Shown: one piece after another, positions 1 to 9,905 of the stretch
Numbering within the stretch: position 1 is the stretch's first letter
Layout of the letters: the number at the start of each line of letters is the position of its first letter
Source of the DNA: an uncultured Candidatus Saccharibacteria bacterium
Lineage (GTDB): Bacteria; Patescibacteriota; Saccharimonadia; Saccharimonadales; Saccharimonadaceae
Reading direction: 5' to 3'
Length of the DNA stretch: 64,000 bases
Assembly: GCA_938045445.1 (NCBI GenBank)
Contig: CALIMM010000015.1
Span: forward strand, 122,648 to 186,647
The notes under the pieces: generated by a model
Told to the model about the DNA's origin: nothing
Seen by the model: only the letters and a program-made list of their open reading frames with translations
Databases searched by the model: none
Translations under genes and position numbers: made by a program

Positions 1-2519
1 AGGATCGTGCCGTTGGCAGTGCCATCTTCGTCACCAAAGCCGCCGTCGGTCACATCGTAGGCAATTGTTGTGCGTGTACCGCTCGGGTTTGTGCCAAAGT
101 TGATCCGGCTTGTGATGTCTTCGATGATCGAGCCACCTTTGGCCAGCTTGAGCACGGTGAGGCGGCTTGGGTCACGGTAGTGCTTGCTCAGTGTGAGGGC
201 TACATGGGTAGTGTAGCCAGTGTGGGATGTGTGCTCAGCACAGGTGATGGTAAAGCGCACGCTATAGCGCAGCGCTCGGCCTTGGTACTGTGCGGGGGCG
301 GTTGCTGGCTCGGCTGAGGCAATGTGGCTGCACGGTTTGCCGGCCGTAGCGAGCGATACCGCACCGCCGTGTGGCTGGGTAATGGTAGTTGAGTTGGTTG
401 GCTGCTTTGGCTGCTTGGGTGTTGGTGTGGATGGGGCAGATGTGATGGCGTTAAGCCGAGCCTGGAGAGCGGCTTGTTTGCGTGCATCCTTAACGGCGGC
501 AATGCGGGCCTGGGCTGCGGCAATGTCTGCAGGGCTCTTGCTGGCTTCAGCTCGGGCCACAGCAGCTTCGGCAGCGGCCAGTGTGCCGTCCTCTACCGGT
601 GGGGTAGTGGTGTACACCATGCCACCGTAGGCAGCAGCTACCAGCTTGCTCCCATCAGCCGAGCTGGCAAGAGCCGACCAGTTGGGCACGCCAGGCGACG
701 TCTGAGCTACCCACGTTGCACCGCCGTCGGTCGATACGTAGATATAGCCACCACCGCCAGCTGTTGCAGCGAGGGTGCTGCCATCGGCCGAGATGGTTGC
801 TGCTGTCCAGTTGTGCCGGCCGTCCACACTGCGCTCCGTCCACGTCGCGCCACCATTGGTCGAGATGTAGACGTTACCGCCAGCAGCTGTTGCTACCAGC
901 TTTGTGCCATCGGGCGAGCTGGCAATTGACGTCCAGGTGCGCGTGCCAGCTTGGGCGCGTTCTGTCCAGGTCTTGCCGCCGTCTAAGGAGGTGTAGATAG
1001 CACCGTCTTCGACGACTGCAGCTAGTTTATTGCCATCAGCCGAGCTCGTTACGGCGCGCCATTTGCGGCTGCCCGAGCCTGGCTGCTCCGTCCAGGTTGC
1101 CCCGCCATCGCGCGAGGTATAAATCGCGTGGTCTTTGGCGACAGCCACCAGCTTATTGCCATCAGCCGAGCTCGCGATCGACATCCAGTTGATCGAGCCA
1201 CTCATCGCGTGCTTGTGCCACGTCGCGCCGCCGTCTTGTGATGTGATGATGTAGCCGCCCCAGTCGTAGAGTGCTGCAAGCTTGCTTCCATCGGCCGAGC
1301 TTGCGATGCTCACCCAGTTGCGCACCTCAGACTTTGGCTGCTCCGTCCAGGTTGCGCCACCATCGCGCGAGGTGTGGATTGTGCCACCCCAGGCGGCAGC
1401 CGCTAGGTTACTTCCATCGGCCGAGCTGGCAAGGGCCGACCATTTGCGGTCGCCCGCGGCATCATGCTTGGCCCATTTTGTGCCGGTTTCGGGCACTACT
1501 GTTGCAGGTGGCTGTGTGCCCGCACCCTTTTGGAAGACGCGCACATAGTCGATCAGCATCGTCTGGGTGGGGAATGGTTCGGATGGGTCGATAGGGCTGA
1601 GGTTTTTGCTAATCTCTACATAGTCGTTGAGGATAAATTGCCAGCCACGGTGGAATGCCCCATTGATATTCTCTTGGCTCGCAACCTTCGTGAGTGGCTC
1701 AGAGTCCTTCCGAGGAGTGATGTTGCCGTCATTGGTAGGGCTCACATGGTAGCGATACACCTTGATGGGCTGGTCGTCTACAAAGTACTTCACCATCGTG
1801 CCGTCGTACTCAACGGCCCAGGTGTGCCACTCGTAGGCAAATGAGCCTGGCCGCGCACCAGCATAGTGCTCACCACTGTGCGAGAGGGAGCGTGTCCGCC
1901 AGCCAGTCTTCCATTTGCCATCGACGCCGTGGTGGTAGCACGACATGTGGGTGGTCGACCACGCGTAATTTGGTGTGGATGAATACCACTCAATGATGTC
2001 TAGCTCGCCGTATGGATCGTTGGCTTTGGGGTTGTCGTTGCAGTTTTGTAGCGTATTGCCACTCACCATCCACAGCGATGGCCGCGTGCCACGCTTGCCA
2101 TTCCAATTAAACTTCGCCCGAATCTCGGCTCGGAATGGCTTGGTGCCGTCCACAACCTTGCCCTTGTTTTTGACCCGTCCACTAAGGTAGCGCGTTGTGG
2201 TGCCGCTGGGGCAGGGCTGCTCACTCATGTTGGCACTGGTGAGCGGCTCGTTCAAATTGCTCACGCAGTGGCGCTGCGTGGTAATCTCGAGGTGGCTGTT
2301 GGCAACCTTGAGATTATTTGGGCTGTAGGCGAGGTGGGTATTGCGCAAATTATCAGTATTTTGCTTCAGTATGTCCCACTCGCCAGACACAGCCGAGCCA
2401 GTAAACTCATCGTGCCACACCATACCCCATTGGTCGGCATGTGTTGTGCCATGATAGAGAAGTGCAAGCAACACAACACTACCAAGTGCCGCAAGCACAA
2501 TAATTGCCTTTTTTATCAC
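1..2519 (-). CDS. Secreted GH16-type glycoside hydrolase fused to BNR/Asp-box-like beta-propeller repeats; C-terminus lies outside the window
   Basis: The minus-strand frame is open from the window edge up to 2561. It is absent from the ORF track because its stop is outside the window. From GTG 2519 the N-terminus reads (M)IKKAIIVLAALGSVVLLALL, a signal/anchor. PYGELDIIEW (about 1985-2012) fits the GH16 E-x-D-x-x-E catalytic motif. At least six S/T-x-D/N-G-G-x-T-W repeats lie between about 700 and 1400. The sequence reads ...DGGFGDEDGTANGTIL at the window edge. ATG 2561 is an alternative start. Confidence 0.8.
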   Translation of the reverse strand, partial: MIKKAIIVLAALGSVVLLALLYHGTTHADQWGMVWHDEFTGSAVSGEWDILKQNTDNLRNTHLAYSPNNLKVANSHLEITTQRHCVSNLNEPLTSANMSEQPCPSGTTTRYLSGRVKNKGKVVDGTKPFRAEIRAKFNWNGKRGTRPSLWMVSGNTLQNCNDNPKANDPYGELDIIEWYSSTPNYAWSTTHMSCYHHGVDGKWKTGWRTRSLSHSGEHYAGARPGSFAYEWHTWAVEYDGTMVKYFVDDQPIKVYRYHVSPTNDGNITPRKDSEPLTKVASQENINGAFHRGWQFILNDYVEISKNLSPIDPSEPFPTQTMLIDYVRVFQKGAGTQPPATVVPETGTKWAKHDAAGDRKWSALASSADGSNLAAAAWGGTIHTSRDGGATWTEQPKSEVRNWVSIASSADGSKLAALYDWGGYIITSQDGGATWHKHAMSGSINWMSIASSADGNKLVAVAKDHAIYTSRDGGATWTEQPGSGSRKWRAVTSSADGNKLAAVVEDGAIYTSLDGGKTWTERAQAGTRTWTSIASSPDGTKLVATAAGGNVYISTNGGATWTERSVDGRHNWTAATISADGSTLAATAGGGGYIYVSTDGGATWVAQTSPGVPNWSALASSADGSKLVAAAYGGMVYTTTPPVEDGTLAAAEAAVARAEASKSPADIAAAQARIAAVKDARKQAALQARLNAITSAPSTPTPKQPKQPTNSTTITQPHGGAVSLATAGKPCSHIASAEPATAPAQYQGRALRYSVRFTITCAEHTSHTGYTTHVALTLSKHYRDPSRLTVLKLAKGGSIIEDITSRINFGTNPSGTRTTIAYDVTDGGFGDEDGTANGTI

Positions 2520-2562
2520 CGTTTTGTCCCCCCTGTTTTTGTCTAAAAACGTTATGAGCATG

Positions 2563-2592
2563 ATTATAACGCTTATGGTTAGTTTTTTGCAA
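2563..2592 (-). promoter_or_regulatory. Sigma-70-type promoter of the GH16/BNR gene (TTGCAA - 18 nt - TATAAT, read on minus strand)
   Basis: The -35 is at 2592-2587 and the -10 at 2568-2563. The -10 ends 1 nt from ATG 2561, so the transcript probably starts downstream of that ATG. This favours GTG 2519, which has a G-rich SD 8 nt upstream. Confidence 0.45.
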
Positions 2593-2824
2593 GGGGTTAG
2601 TCCCATAATCTTGCAAGACTCGCTGTATAATGCATATTTTTGCCAGGGCGAGAGAGCACTGTATATTCTCGCAGTGTGGGCAGTTATCCACGTGATTTCC
2701 ACAGCACGATGTGGTTTTTACACCGCTACAGAGATGGGGTAATAAGGGGTGGTCTTTTGGGCTATTACAGCAGAGGATAGTGGGGTATACTAGAGGCACA
2801 ACAACCTAACACACAGGAGGGTGT

Positions 2825-3685
2825 ATGACGAAGTTAATTAGCTATTCGCTGGCAGGCGTGGCAGTGGCCGCAGCCATGGTGTGCCTGAGTGGTGCGCCAG
2901 CTCATGCTACCGAGCAAGAGCTGAGTGCGGCGCGGGCAGCGTGTAGCACAGTGGTAGGGCAGGTCAAGGCAGCCAAAGCATATGCCTACTGGAAGATGCC
3001 GGAGGGCTATCCGGAGGATCACAGCGCCGATGCAACCAACAGCTTCCGCCAGCAGCATGGCTGGGTGGTGGCCGGCACAGAGGTGTACGACTGGGCGTCT
3101 AACGAATCATTTGCCAACAGCGGGCGCTTTGTCTGGGGTAGCAAGACGGTCAACTTTGCGCCAGGCAACTTCTGCTTGAGCAGTGGCAAGACGACGGGTG
3201 GCCGCGAGCTCCTTCTCACCTTCCAAAAGGATGGCAACCTCGTGCTCTACAGCCACACCGGTACAGCTCAGTGGGCATCGAATACTCAAGGTAAGGGTGC
3301 ACGCTTAGCCTTCCAGGGCGATCGCAATATCGTCGTGTACGACAAGAACGACAAAGCTATCTGGGCATCGAGCTGGCAGTGGAGCACACCACGCCGCGGT
3401 GCCAAGATTGCTCAGCCTGGCCAGCGCTGGTGGCATGGCTATGGCAAGGCGCAGCAAACACCAGAGTGGTTCCACGCGTTGCGCCGCACCACAACCAAGC
3501 CACAAGACACTGGCGTGCTCACCCTGCGTGCCACCGACCGCACTATCGAGGGTATCCCCGAGACCAACTGGGCCTCGCCACAGTACCCACAGCGCGCTAC
3601 CTATGGCTCGGTAGTGGTAACCAACGAAGCACGAGGCGATGGCATACGAAACCACGTCAACATCGTTGGGACGTTTGATAACTAA
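2825..3685 (+). CDS. Secreted bulb-type (B-) lectin domain protein
   Basis: 286-aa ORF with SD AGGAGG at 2815-2820. The signal peptide is MTKLISYSLAGVAVAAAMVCLSGAPAHA. There are two copies of the bulb-lectin mannose-binding signature Q-x-D-x-N-x-V-x-Y (QKDGNLVLY, QGDRNIVVY). The C-terminal ~120 aa are unassigned. Confidence 0.8.
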   Translation: MTKLISYSLAGVAVAAAMVCLSGAPAHATEQELSAARAACSTVVGQVKAAKAYAYWKMPEGYPEDHSADATNSFRQQHGWVVAGTEVYDWASNESFANSGRFVWGSKTVNFAPGNFCLSSGKTTGGRELLLTFQKDGNLVLYSHTGTAQWASNTQGKGARLAFQGDRNIVVYDKNDKAIWASSWQWSTPRRGAKIAQPGQRWWHGYGKAQQTPEWFHALRRTTTKPQDTGVLTLRATDRTIEGIPETNWASPQYPQRATYGSVVVTNEARGDGIRNHVNIVGTFDN

Positions 3686-3709
3686 GCGACGCCCCGCAGT
3701 ATGCACAAG

Positions 3710-3742
3710 CAACCCCACGCTATCATTGTGTGGGGTTGTTGG
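3710..3742 (+). terminator. Stem-loop after the lectin gene (weak U-tract)
   Basis: CAACCCCAC (3710-3718) pairs with GTGGGGTTG (3730-3738) and is followed by TTGGGTGTT. Confidence 0.45.
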
Positions 3743-3850
3743 GTGTTAGGTGTCTATTGAATAATGGAGATATAGGATACTAGAAGTGGATTTGCATGTG
3801 TGGTTGCTTTGTATTATTATAAAAACGACACCAAACAGGGATTATACAAG

Positions 3851-4609
3851 ATGAAAACAATCTGCGTTGATGAATCTGGTACACTAGGCTTTAGCTCCCA
3901 CGAGCCATACTTTGTCATGGCAGCGCTGATGATTGACGACGAGAAGGCGCTCAAACGGATGAAGAATTTGATCCGGCGGGTAAATGCGTCTGCAATGCGT
4001 CGGCGTCAACAACCATCGCATAAGCCGTGGTATGATAACCGTGTCCCATTCCATGAAAAGCAACGCGCTCAGCGGCAGATCGTTACTGGTCTATCGGCAC
4101 GGGCAGACCATCGAATCGCATACACCGTTATTGATAAGACGGTGCGGACACCGGTCTTTCAACGTAATCGACGCGTGCGTCACAAGCTGCGGCAGAGAAT
4201 TTTGCTACGACTCATTGCACAGTGGGTTTTGCAATACAATGATGATGTGCGTATTGTGGTAAGTAACAAGACAATGAAGGCAGCGGCTGCTCGCAAGATG
4301 GAAAAATACGTCCAAAAGCTGCTTAGTGATGAACAACGATTTCCGATGGCTCGCTATCGCCATCGGATAGAAATTGTACCAGTTGATCCACAGACTCACT
4401 ACGGCCTGCGGACGATTGATTACATTGCGCGGTTGATCCACCAAACGTACACAAGGCCCATCCAGCATCGCTTCCCACCGCAAAAGGAGGCGCTGCATAA
4501 GCTGAGCATTGCCAAGCTTCGCATTGTCAATGGCGAATTCATTACTGCGCACAACGTTGGAGTGCGGCCGCTAAGCGATACATTTCACACTGGCTTATTC
4601 TTGTGGTAA
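3851..4609 (+). CDS. DUF3800-like protein
   Basis: The ORF track starts at GTG 3800. I prefer ATG 3851 because MKTICVDESGTLGF matches the DUF3800 N-terminal 'x-D-E-S-G' signature. The gene is visibly AT-richer than its neighbours. Confidence 0.6.
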   Translation: MKTICVDESGTLGFSSHEPYFVMAALMIDDEKALKRMKNLIRRVNASAMRRRQQPSHKPWYDNRVPFHEKQRAQRQIVTGLSARADHRIAYTVIDKTVRTPVFQRNRRVRHKLRQRILLRLIAQWVLQYNDDVRIVVSNKTMKAAAARKMEKYVQKLLSDEQRFPMARYRHRIEIVPVDPQTHYGLRTIDYIARLIHQTYTRPIQHRFPPQKEALHKLSIAKLRIVNGEFITAHNVGVRPLSDTFHTGLFLW

Positions 4610-4745
4610 GGAGTGTCTTGTATAGCGCGAGTGAGTCGTATATACTAGGTGCTAGAGTCAGTCATATCGTCAGCTTATCTTACCAATAAGTGAAGTAGTG
4701 TGAGAGGTTTCCTCTATGGAGCACTACCTGGCGGTGTGCATCTGT

Positions 4746-4776
4746 GGCGTGTTTGGGAAACACGCCTTTTTGTTTT
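4746..4776 (+). terminator. Rho-independent terminator
   Basis: GGCGTGTTT (4746-4754), loop GGG, AAACACGCC (4758-4766), then TTTTTGTTTT. Confidence 0.7.
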
Positions 4777-4833
4777 ATCTATAAATGCTCATTTGTTCGC
4801 ATACACTACCACCTTGTGATATAATCTATCTCC

Positions 4834-5388
4834 ATGACAGAGAAGTTCCAGACATCAGCACACCCATCACCTGAAGAACCCAACGTGCAGATACATCTGC
4901 GCAATTTGCGAGCAAACGATGATGCGGATAAGGCACGCCTTGGTGTGTGGTACGGTCTACACCGAAGTGTGGGTGATGTCTATGTGGCAGATATTGGGGT
5001 AGGGAATCAGCCGCATCATAAGGATTTGCGGGCTGAGATTGGCTTTAAATCTAAGGACTCATACCTGGTATTACCAGAGGATTTTGCTTATACACTTGGT
5101 TTTGCGTTTGGGCGCTACAATCCAGACAAGGCCGAGCAAGATGCTTATGGCGCTTCTTACGACTTGCAGGCAGAGCGCTTCCAACAGGCAGAGGTATCTG
5201 CCGCAACGACCAACGCCATTGTCCGCACAGCAATGCTTGGAATGAAGTATGCGCTTGTGGTTGACACAAAGCAGCTAGCCGATCTGCCACCAACCATGCA
5301 GCACGCCGATACACAGCTCCTCACACCCAAGGATTGGCAGGGCAAGGTCGACACGACAGGCATCGACCGCAGTGGCCGCCCAATATAG
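4834..5388 (+). CDS. Hypothetical protein (184 aa)
   Basis: The ORF has protein-like composition. TATAAT (4820-4825) lies 8 nt before the ATG, a leaderless-type start. I recognise no motif. Confidence 0.6.
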   Translation: MTEKFQTSAHPSPEEPNVQIHLRNLRANDDADKARLGVWYGLHRSVGDVYVADIGVGNQPHHKDLRAEIGFKSKDSYLVLPEDFAYTLGFAFGRYNPDKAEQDAYGASYDLQAERFQQAEVSAATTNAIVRTAMLGMKYALVVDTKQLADLPPTMQHADTQLLTPKDWQGKVDTTGIDRSGRPI

Positions 5389-5400
5389 CGTAGAGCACTC

Positions 5401-5937
5401 TTACCGATACACCTCAGGCCTCAGCACACCAATATACGGCAGGTTGCGGTAGTGCTGGCGGTAGTCAAGGCCGTAGCCCACCACGAATTCATTGGGGGTG
5501 GGGATGCCGATGTAGTCTGCCTGCACATCCACCGTGCGGCGCTCGGGCTTATCCAACAGAGTGCAGAGCTTAGTGCTGGCGGTGTGGCGCTCGGCAAATA
5601 AATCAAACAGCGCCTGGGCGGTATGGCCTGTATCCACAATGTCTTCTACCAGCAGCACATGCCGGCCAGCCACGTCCGTATCGAGGTCCTTCAGGATGCG
5701 CACATTGCCGGTCGAGGTCAGCTCATCGCCGTAGCTCGAGACATCCATAAAGTCGATTTCCAGCATGCAATCCATCGCCCGCACCAGGTCGATCATAAAG
5801 GGCGCCGCCCCGCGCAAAATCCCCACCACCAGCGGGTTTTTATCGGCATATTCCTGGCTCAGCTGCTGGCCCAGGCGCGCCACCGCCCGCGCAATGTCAT
5901 CGTTGGTAAAGAGGATTGTTTCGATATCATTATGCAT
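5401..5937 (-). CDS. hpt: Hypoxanthine(-guanine) phosphoribosyltransferase
   Basis: From ATG 5937 the protein reads [11 protein letters not shown]...[13 protein letters not shown]...[13 protein letters not shown] (PRPP-binding loop)...[25 protein letters not shown] lies 7 nt upstream. The 5' extension in the track (to 6087) is not protein-like. Confidence 0.9.
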   Translation of the reverse strand: MHNDIETILFTNDDIARAVARLGQQLSQEYADKNPLVVGILRGAAPFMIDLVRAMDCMLEIDFMDVSSYGDELTSTGNVRILKDLDTDVAGRHVLLVEDIVDTGHTAQALFDLFAERHTASTKLCTLLDKPERRTVDVQADYIGIPTPNEFVVGYGLDYRQHYRNLPYIGVLRPEVYR

Positions 5938-6035
5938 AAGGATTATTGTAGCAGATATGGGGTGCGGGGGCGAATTTTTGGAAGATGGGTGCAGTGAGAA
6001 ATGTGTGAAAACGTGAACAATGCTACAATACCACC

Positions 6036-6605
6036 ATGACACAACGTACCATTCCACCCCATGCTCGGCTGATTCCGCCCGAGGCACAGTGTGTCTTTGT
6101 GGGCGAGATATTTAGTGTTTATCAGTGGCCACAGCAGCTGTATGATGGCTCGGTGGCAACCTTCGAGATGGTGCGCCGGCCCGATACAGTGTTCGTTATT
6201 GCAGTGGATGATGCGGGCAACGTACTGGTGAATGACGAGGAGCAGCCAGGCGGCATTGTGCGGCGTGGCCACCTGCCAGCGGGGCGGGTCGACCCTGAGG
6301 ATGCGACCATCATTGCAGCAGCCCAGCGCGAACTGCGCGAGGAGACAGGCTGGGAATTTGCCGACTGGCAGCTGCTGGAGGTGGTGCAGCCCGAAACAAA
6401 AATGGAATGGTTTGAACATCTCGTACTAGCCCGGCGACCAGTGCGCCACATGCCACCGTGCTGTGATGCGGGCGAGCGGATTACTACTCGCGCAATCTCC
6501 TGGCAAGAACTTGTGCAATCAGCGGCGCTGCTGCGGCATTTCCCGTGGCTGCGCGATGTTGCCTCGGTAGAGGAGCTTGCGCCGCACCATAGGGGTAGCC
6601 TATAG
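6036..6605 (+). CDS. NUDIX hydrolase
   Basis: Nudix box G-x5-E-x7-REUxEExGU is present as [32 protein letters not shown] lies 6 nt upstream of the ATG. Confidence 0.85.
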   Translation: MTQRTIPPHARLIPPEAQCVFVGEIFSVYQWPQQLYDGSVATFEMVRRPDTVFVIAVDDAGNVLVNDEEQPGGIVRRGHLPAGRVDPEDATIIAAAQRELREETGWEFADWQLLEVVQPETKMEWFEHLVLARRPVRHMPPCCDAGERITTRAISWQELVQSAALLRHFPWLRDVASVEELAPHHRGSL

Positions 6606-6756
6606 AGGGAGTAGGGGTGTGGGTATAGCATAAGTCAGCATGGAGCGTGCTTGGTTTTATCTCACACAATGAATAATAAATTGCCGCATCAGGTTTCGTC
6701 ATATCGCTAGGCAAGACAATTGCTCTCCCCGCCAGATACGGTATAATAAAGAAATT

Positions 6757-7560
6757 ATGAATCGACCTATCAAGCAGATAAAACAGATCAAGCAGCAGGG
6801 TAAGCTCCTGCGGATTTTTTGGCAGGCATTGGCAGTGGCGACAGTGGTGGTGAGCGTGAAGTTCGTCCTGCACCGCCTGGGGTGGGAGCCGATCGAGCAG
6901 AGCTCGCTGCACAATAGCGTCATATCCAGCGTGACCTTTGTGATTGGTTTTTTGCTCTCGGCCACGATTGCGGATTACAAAGAGTCGGAGCGGATCCCAG
7001 CGGAGTTTGCAGCACTGCTAGAGGATATGTATGATGACGCCGCGGCGATTCATCAGAGCTATCCGGTGTTTGATCTCGATGGCTTTCGCCGCCAGCTGCA
7101 CGCTGTGGCCCAAGGGTTTTCGGACGATGTGCGCCACTCGGCCTACGATGCTCGGCAGGATATCCGGGGCTTAACGCCGTATTTTGCCACGATGGAGCAG
7201 GGCAATGTGCCGCCCAACTTCATCGTCAAGCTCAAGCAGCAGCAGACCATCTTGCTCCGCCATCGCCATCGGGTGGACTACATTCAGCGGATCCGCTTTA
7301 TCCCCTCGGCATCCATCTTGGCGCGCTCCATTGTGGTGGCGTTGCTTGGCTTGTTGCTCATTACCAACATCGACCCATTTGTCGCTAGCCTGACGGTGGT
7401 GGGGCTGATTAGCTTCGTCTTGGTGTATATGATCATCCTCATCCACGTCATCAGCACGCCCTTCCACAAGGCGGGCAAGACGCGCGACGACGTAAGCCTC
7501 TTTCTTATCCGCGACGCGGAGGAATATCTGAGCAGCCCAAGCGATGCAGTGAGCAAATAG
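6757..7560 (+). CDS. Integral membrane protein of unknown function
   Basis: 267 aa with hydrophobic helices near the N-terminus (LLRIFWQALAVATVVVSV, VISSVTFVIGFLLSATI) and the C-terminus (IVVALLGLLLITNI, LISFVLVYMIILIHVI). TATAAT lies 9 nt upstream. Confidence 0.7.
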   Translation: MNRPIKQIKQIKQQGKLLRIFWQALAVATVVVSVKFVLHRLGWEPIEQSSLHNSVISSVTFVIGFLLSATIADYKESERIPAEFAALLEDMYDDAAAIHQSYPVFDLDGFRRQLHAVAQGFSDDVRHSAYDARQDIRGLTPYFATMEQGNVPPNFIVKLKQQQTILLRHRHRVDYIQRIRFIPSASILARSIVVALLGLLLITNIDPFVASLTVVGLISFVLVYMIILIHVISTPFHKAGKTRDDVSLFLIRDAEEYLSSPSDAVSK

Positions 7561-7874
7561 GCCGGGCTCGGTGTATCAATAGGGGTATGAGAAGCGCGAT
7601 ATTTCTCGTGATAATCTCGGCCATTACGCTCCTTGCTGGAGTGGCATAGAGGCTACTATGCACCAGGTGTTACACGCCAGTAAAATATGAGAATTTGTGG
7701 CGTCTATGAATCACTGTGTGTTACCAAGAGTCACCGTCAGCAACAGATATACGACCTGTAGAACAGGGGATTGAAGCTATAACGGCCACCCCTTTTGCTT
7801 ATTGGATATCTAGCTATTATCGCCCAACATTGCTATAATACAACTGTACTAACACTAACCATGGAGGACCTCAC

Positions 7875-8069
7875 ATGGGACTTACTGACGACATCAAAGC
7901 CAAAGCTCAAAAAGTAGCTGATGACGTACAAGACAAAGCCGAAGAAGTGGCTGAGAAGGCTAAAGACGCTGCAGAAGACGCCGTCGACACCGTAAAGGAA
8001 AAGGCAAACGACGCCAAGAACAAAGCTCACGAAACCGAGGGCTACGTAAAGGGCAAGATGGATCAATAA
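7875..8069 (+). CDS. Small hydrophilic K/D/E/A-rich helical protein (stress/LEA-like)
   Basis: 64 aa, MGLTDDIKAKAQKVADDVQDKAEEVAEKAKDAAEDAVD... SD GGAGG is at 7863-7867, and a strong terminator follows directly. Confidence 0.7.
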   Translation: MGLTDDIKAKAQKVADDVQDKAEEVAEKAKDAAEDAVDTVKEKANDAKNKAHETEGYVKGKMDQ

Positions 8070-8092
8070 ATCCTGCGCTTTTTATGGCTACC

Positions 8093-8124
8093 AGAGCTGC
8101 TCCATGTATAGGAGCAGCTCTTTT
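8093..8124 (+). terminator. Rho-independent terminator
   Basis: AGAGCTGCTCC (8093-8103) pairs with GGAGCAGCTCT (8111-8121), followed by TTTT. Confidence 0.8.
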
Positions 8125-8276
8125 GGTGTGAATGCACATTTGCGGGGCGATGGCTGCCAGGATATTCGGCAAGTGAGTGTATCTTCTTGCGATGACCTCA
8201 CATGAATACCCTATACCCCATAGCGTACGTCTGCAGGGGGTATTAGCTACCGCTAGGCCGTGCTACACTAAGGAGT

Positions 8277-9017
8277 ATGACGAAACCATTTGTACTACTG
8301 CAGTCGCGCCCTGAGGATGAGGCGTCGGATAACGAATATCAGGCATTTTTGCACTTTGGTGGCCTTGCACCGGGTGACCTTGAGCGAGTGCGTATCGAGG
8401 CAGGGCAGCGCCCCACGCAGCCGCTCAGCGCCTACAGTGGTGTGCTGATGGGTGGTGGCCCAGCCAACTTTGCCTACCGGCCAGAGGAGAAATCAGCCGA
8501 GCAGCGCCGGTTCGAAGCCGTGATGATGCCACTCCTGCGCGAGATTATTACCCATGATATGCCATTTCTTGGCGCTTGCCTAGGCGTTGGCGCACTGGTC
8601 TCGGCACTGGGTGGTACGCCCAGCTTTGCCTATGGCGAGGCAATTGGTGCTGTGCCCATCACTCTCACGCCAGCGGCTAGGGACGACCCACTCCTCGCTG
8701 ACTTGTCCACTACCTTCGACGGCTTCGTTGGGCACAAAGAAGGGGTGCTCGAGCCACCAGCTGCCTGCACCGTCTTAGCACGCTCGCGTACCTGTGTGCA
8801 GATGCTGCGCGTGGGGCGCAACGTGTATGCCACGCAGTTCCATCCCGAGCTCGACCCCGAGAGCCTTGCTTTGCGCATCGACATCTACCGCCACGCTGGC
8901 TACTGTGCTCCGGACGAAGCTGATACCCTCATTGCCAACGCCCGCCAGCAAACCGTCACCGAACCAGTCAAGATCCTGCGCCGGTTTGTGCAGCGGTATC
9001 GGCAGGAAGAGCTCTAG
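8277..9017 (+). CDS. Class I glutamine amidotransferase-like protein
   Basis: FLGACLGVGAL carries the nucleophile Cys. ATQFHPELD carries the His/Glu region typical of GATase1/GuaA-like domains. SD AAGGAG lies before the ATG. Confidence 0.85.
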   Translation: MTKPFVLLQSRPEDEASDNEYQAFLHFGGLAPGDLERVRIEAGQRPTQPLSAYSGVLMGGGPANFAYRPEEKSAEQRRFEAVMMPLLREIITHDMPFLGACLGVGALVSALGGTPSFAYGEAIGAVPITLTPAARDDPLLADLSTTFDGFVGHKEGVLEPPAACTVLARSRTCVQMLRVGRNVYATQFHPELDPESLALRIDIYRHAGYCAPDEADTLIANARQQTVTEPVKILRRFVQRYRQEEL

Positions 9018-9298
9018 GCTCGATCTTACTCATCTTCCGCTTGCATATACTTTTACCAAGCTATGAATGGCCGACGTATTCGTTATATTGACCGCTAAGA
9101 GTTGGAGGAAAGTTAGCTTATGTGGCGCACTTATTATTTACCAAATGAGATGGTAGGGAATAGGCTCGCATAGGCAAAAATGGTTTTGATGTAAGGACGC
9201 GTACTATTTGTCTACTTCTTGTGCAAAAACATACCCCCTCCCCCATATAGGCAGTAGGCCATAGCATATATCTCTATGCGATACTGGCAGTGAAATGT

Positions 9299-9336
9299 AA
9301 GAAGCTCGGTATTTATATACGGGCTTCTTTGCTTTT
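9299..9336 (+). terminator. Rho-independent terminator with no annotated gene directly upstream
   Basis: AAGAAGCTCG (9299-9308) pairs with CGGGCTTCTT (9320-9329), including one T-G wobble that exists only on the plus strand. TGCTTTT follows. It lies about 280 nt downstream of the amidotransferase stop. Confidence 0.55.
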
Positions 9337-9456
9337 GGCAGTGGCTAAAGAATCGCTACTCGCGGAGTGATCAAACTACCGTGCTCGGCTACTATTGATT
9401 GGCAACAGGATCTTCGCATAGATACCCTGCCACCCACTGATAGGGTAGGGGTATCC

Positions 9457-9831
9457 CTATGCATCAGCGTGACACACTGCCTCAATGTTATGCCCGTTTG
9501 GGTCGATGAGGAAGGCACCATAATAGTCTGGATGATAGATCGCTCGCACGCCTGGTGCGCCATTGTCCTGTGCTCCTGCTGCTAGGCCAGCTGCATAGAA
9601 TGCATCAACTGCTGCCCGCGACGGTGCAGCAAAAGCAAAGTGTAGTGGCGATGATGGCTCGCCTTGCCCAAGCCAAAATATCCTGGTGTGTTGCGTCCGG
9701 TCTGGATTACTAAAGCCTACGCCATATGATTCGTCAATTGTCTTGGCATACCCCAGTGGTGCCAATACCGCTTCATAAAAGGCCTTGCTTGCTTCAATGT
9801 CTTGAACGATGATGCCGAAGTGGTCGATCAT
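9457..9831 (-). CDS. VOC (glyoxalase/bleomycin-resistance/dioxygenase) family protein
   Basis: From ATG 9831 the protein reads MIDHFGIIVQDIEASKAFYEAVLAPLGY...YYGAFLIDPNGHNIEAV. SD GGAGG is at 9838-9842 on the minus strand. Confidence 0.85.
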   Translation of the reverse strand: MIDHFGIIVQDIEASKAFYEAVLAPLGYAKTIDESYGVGFSNPDRTQHTRIFWLGQGEPSSPLHFAFAAPSRAAVDAFYAAGLAAGAQDNGAPGVRAIYHPDYYGAFLIDPNGHNIEAVCHADA

Positions 9832-9905
9832 GAGGTACCTCCTTGTGATATATCGATTAGTGTATTGCCTCTTAAGTATACGCCACAAATGATGACAACA
9901 GTGTG

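Noticed and set aside
5938-6087. 5'-extended ORF-track starts (hpt to 6087, VOC to 9888, rnhA from 10812, metK from 11749, helicase from 13841, mraY from 27291, murG from 29561, ftsQ from 31370, protease from 41943, fur to 44994, cobW from 48985, ftsL from 24973, dprA to 41028)
   Set aside because: The extensions cross promoters, the riboswitch or upstream genes and are not protein-like. Internal ATGs align with conserved family N-termini and with SD or -10 signals.
9121-9174. 17-codon ORF (MWRTYYLPNEMVGNRLA) behind a GGAGGAAAG SD. I also noted an 8-codon ORF at 50368-50394 behind GAGGAGG.
   Set aside because: They are too short to support without conservation or ribosome data. I recorded them only as possible leader peptides.
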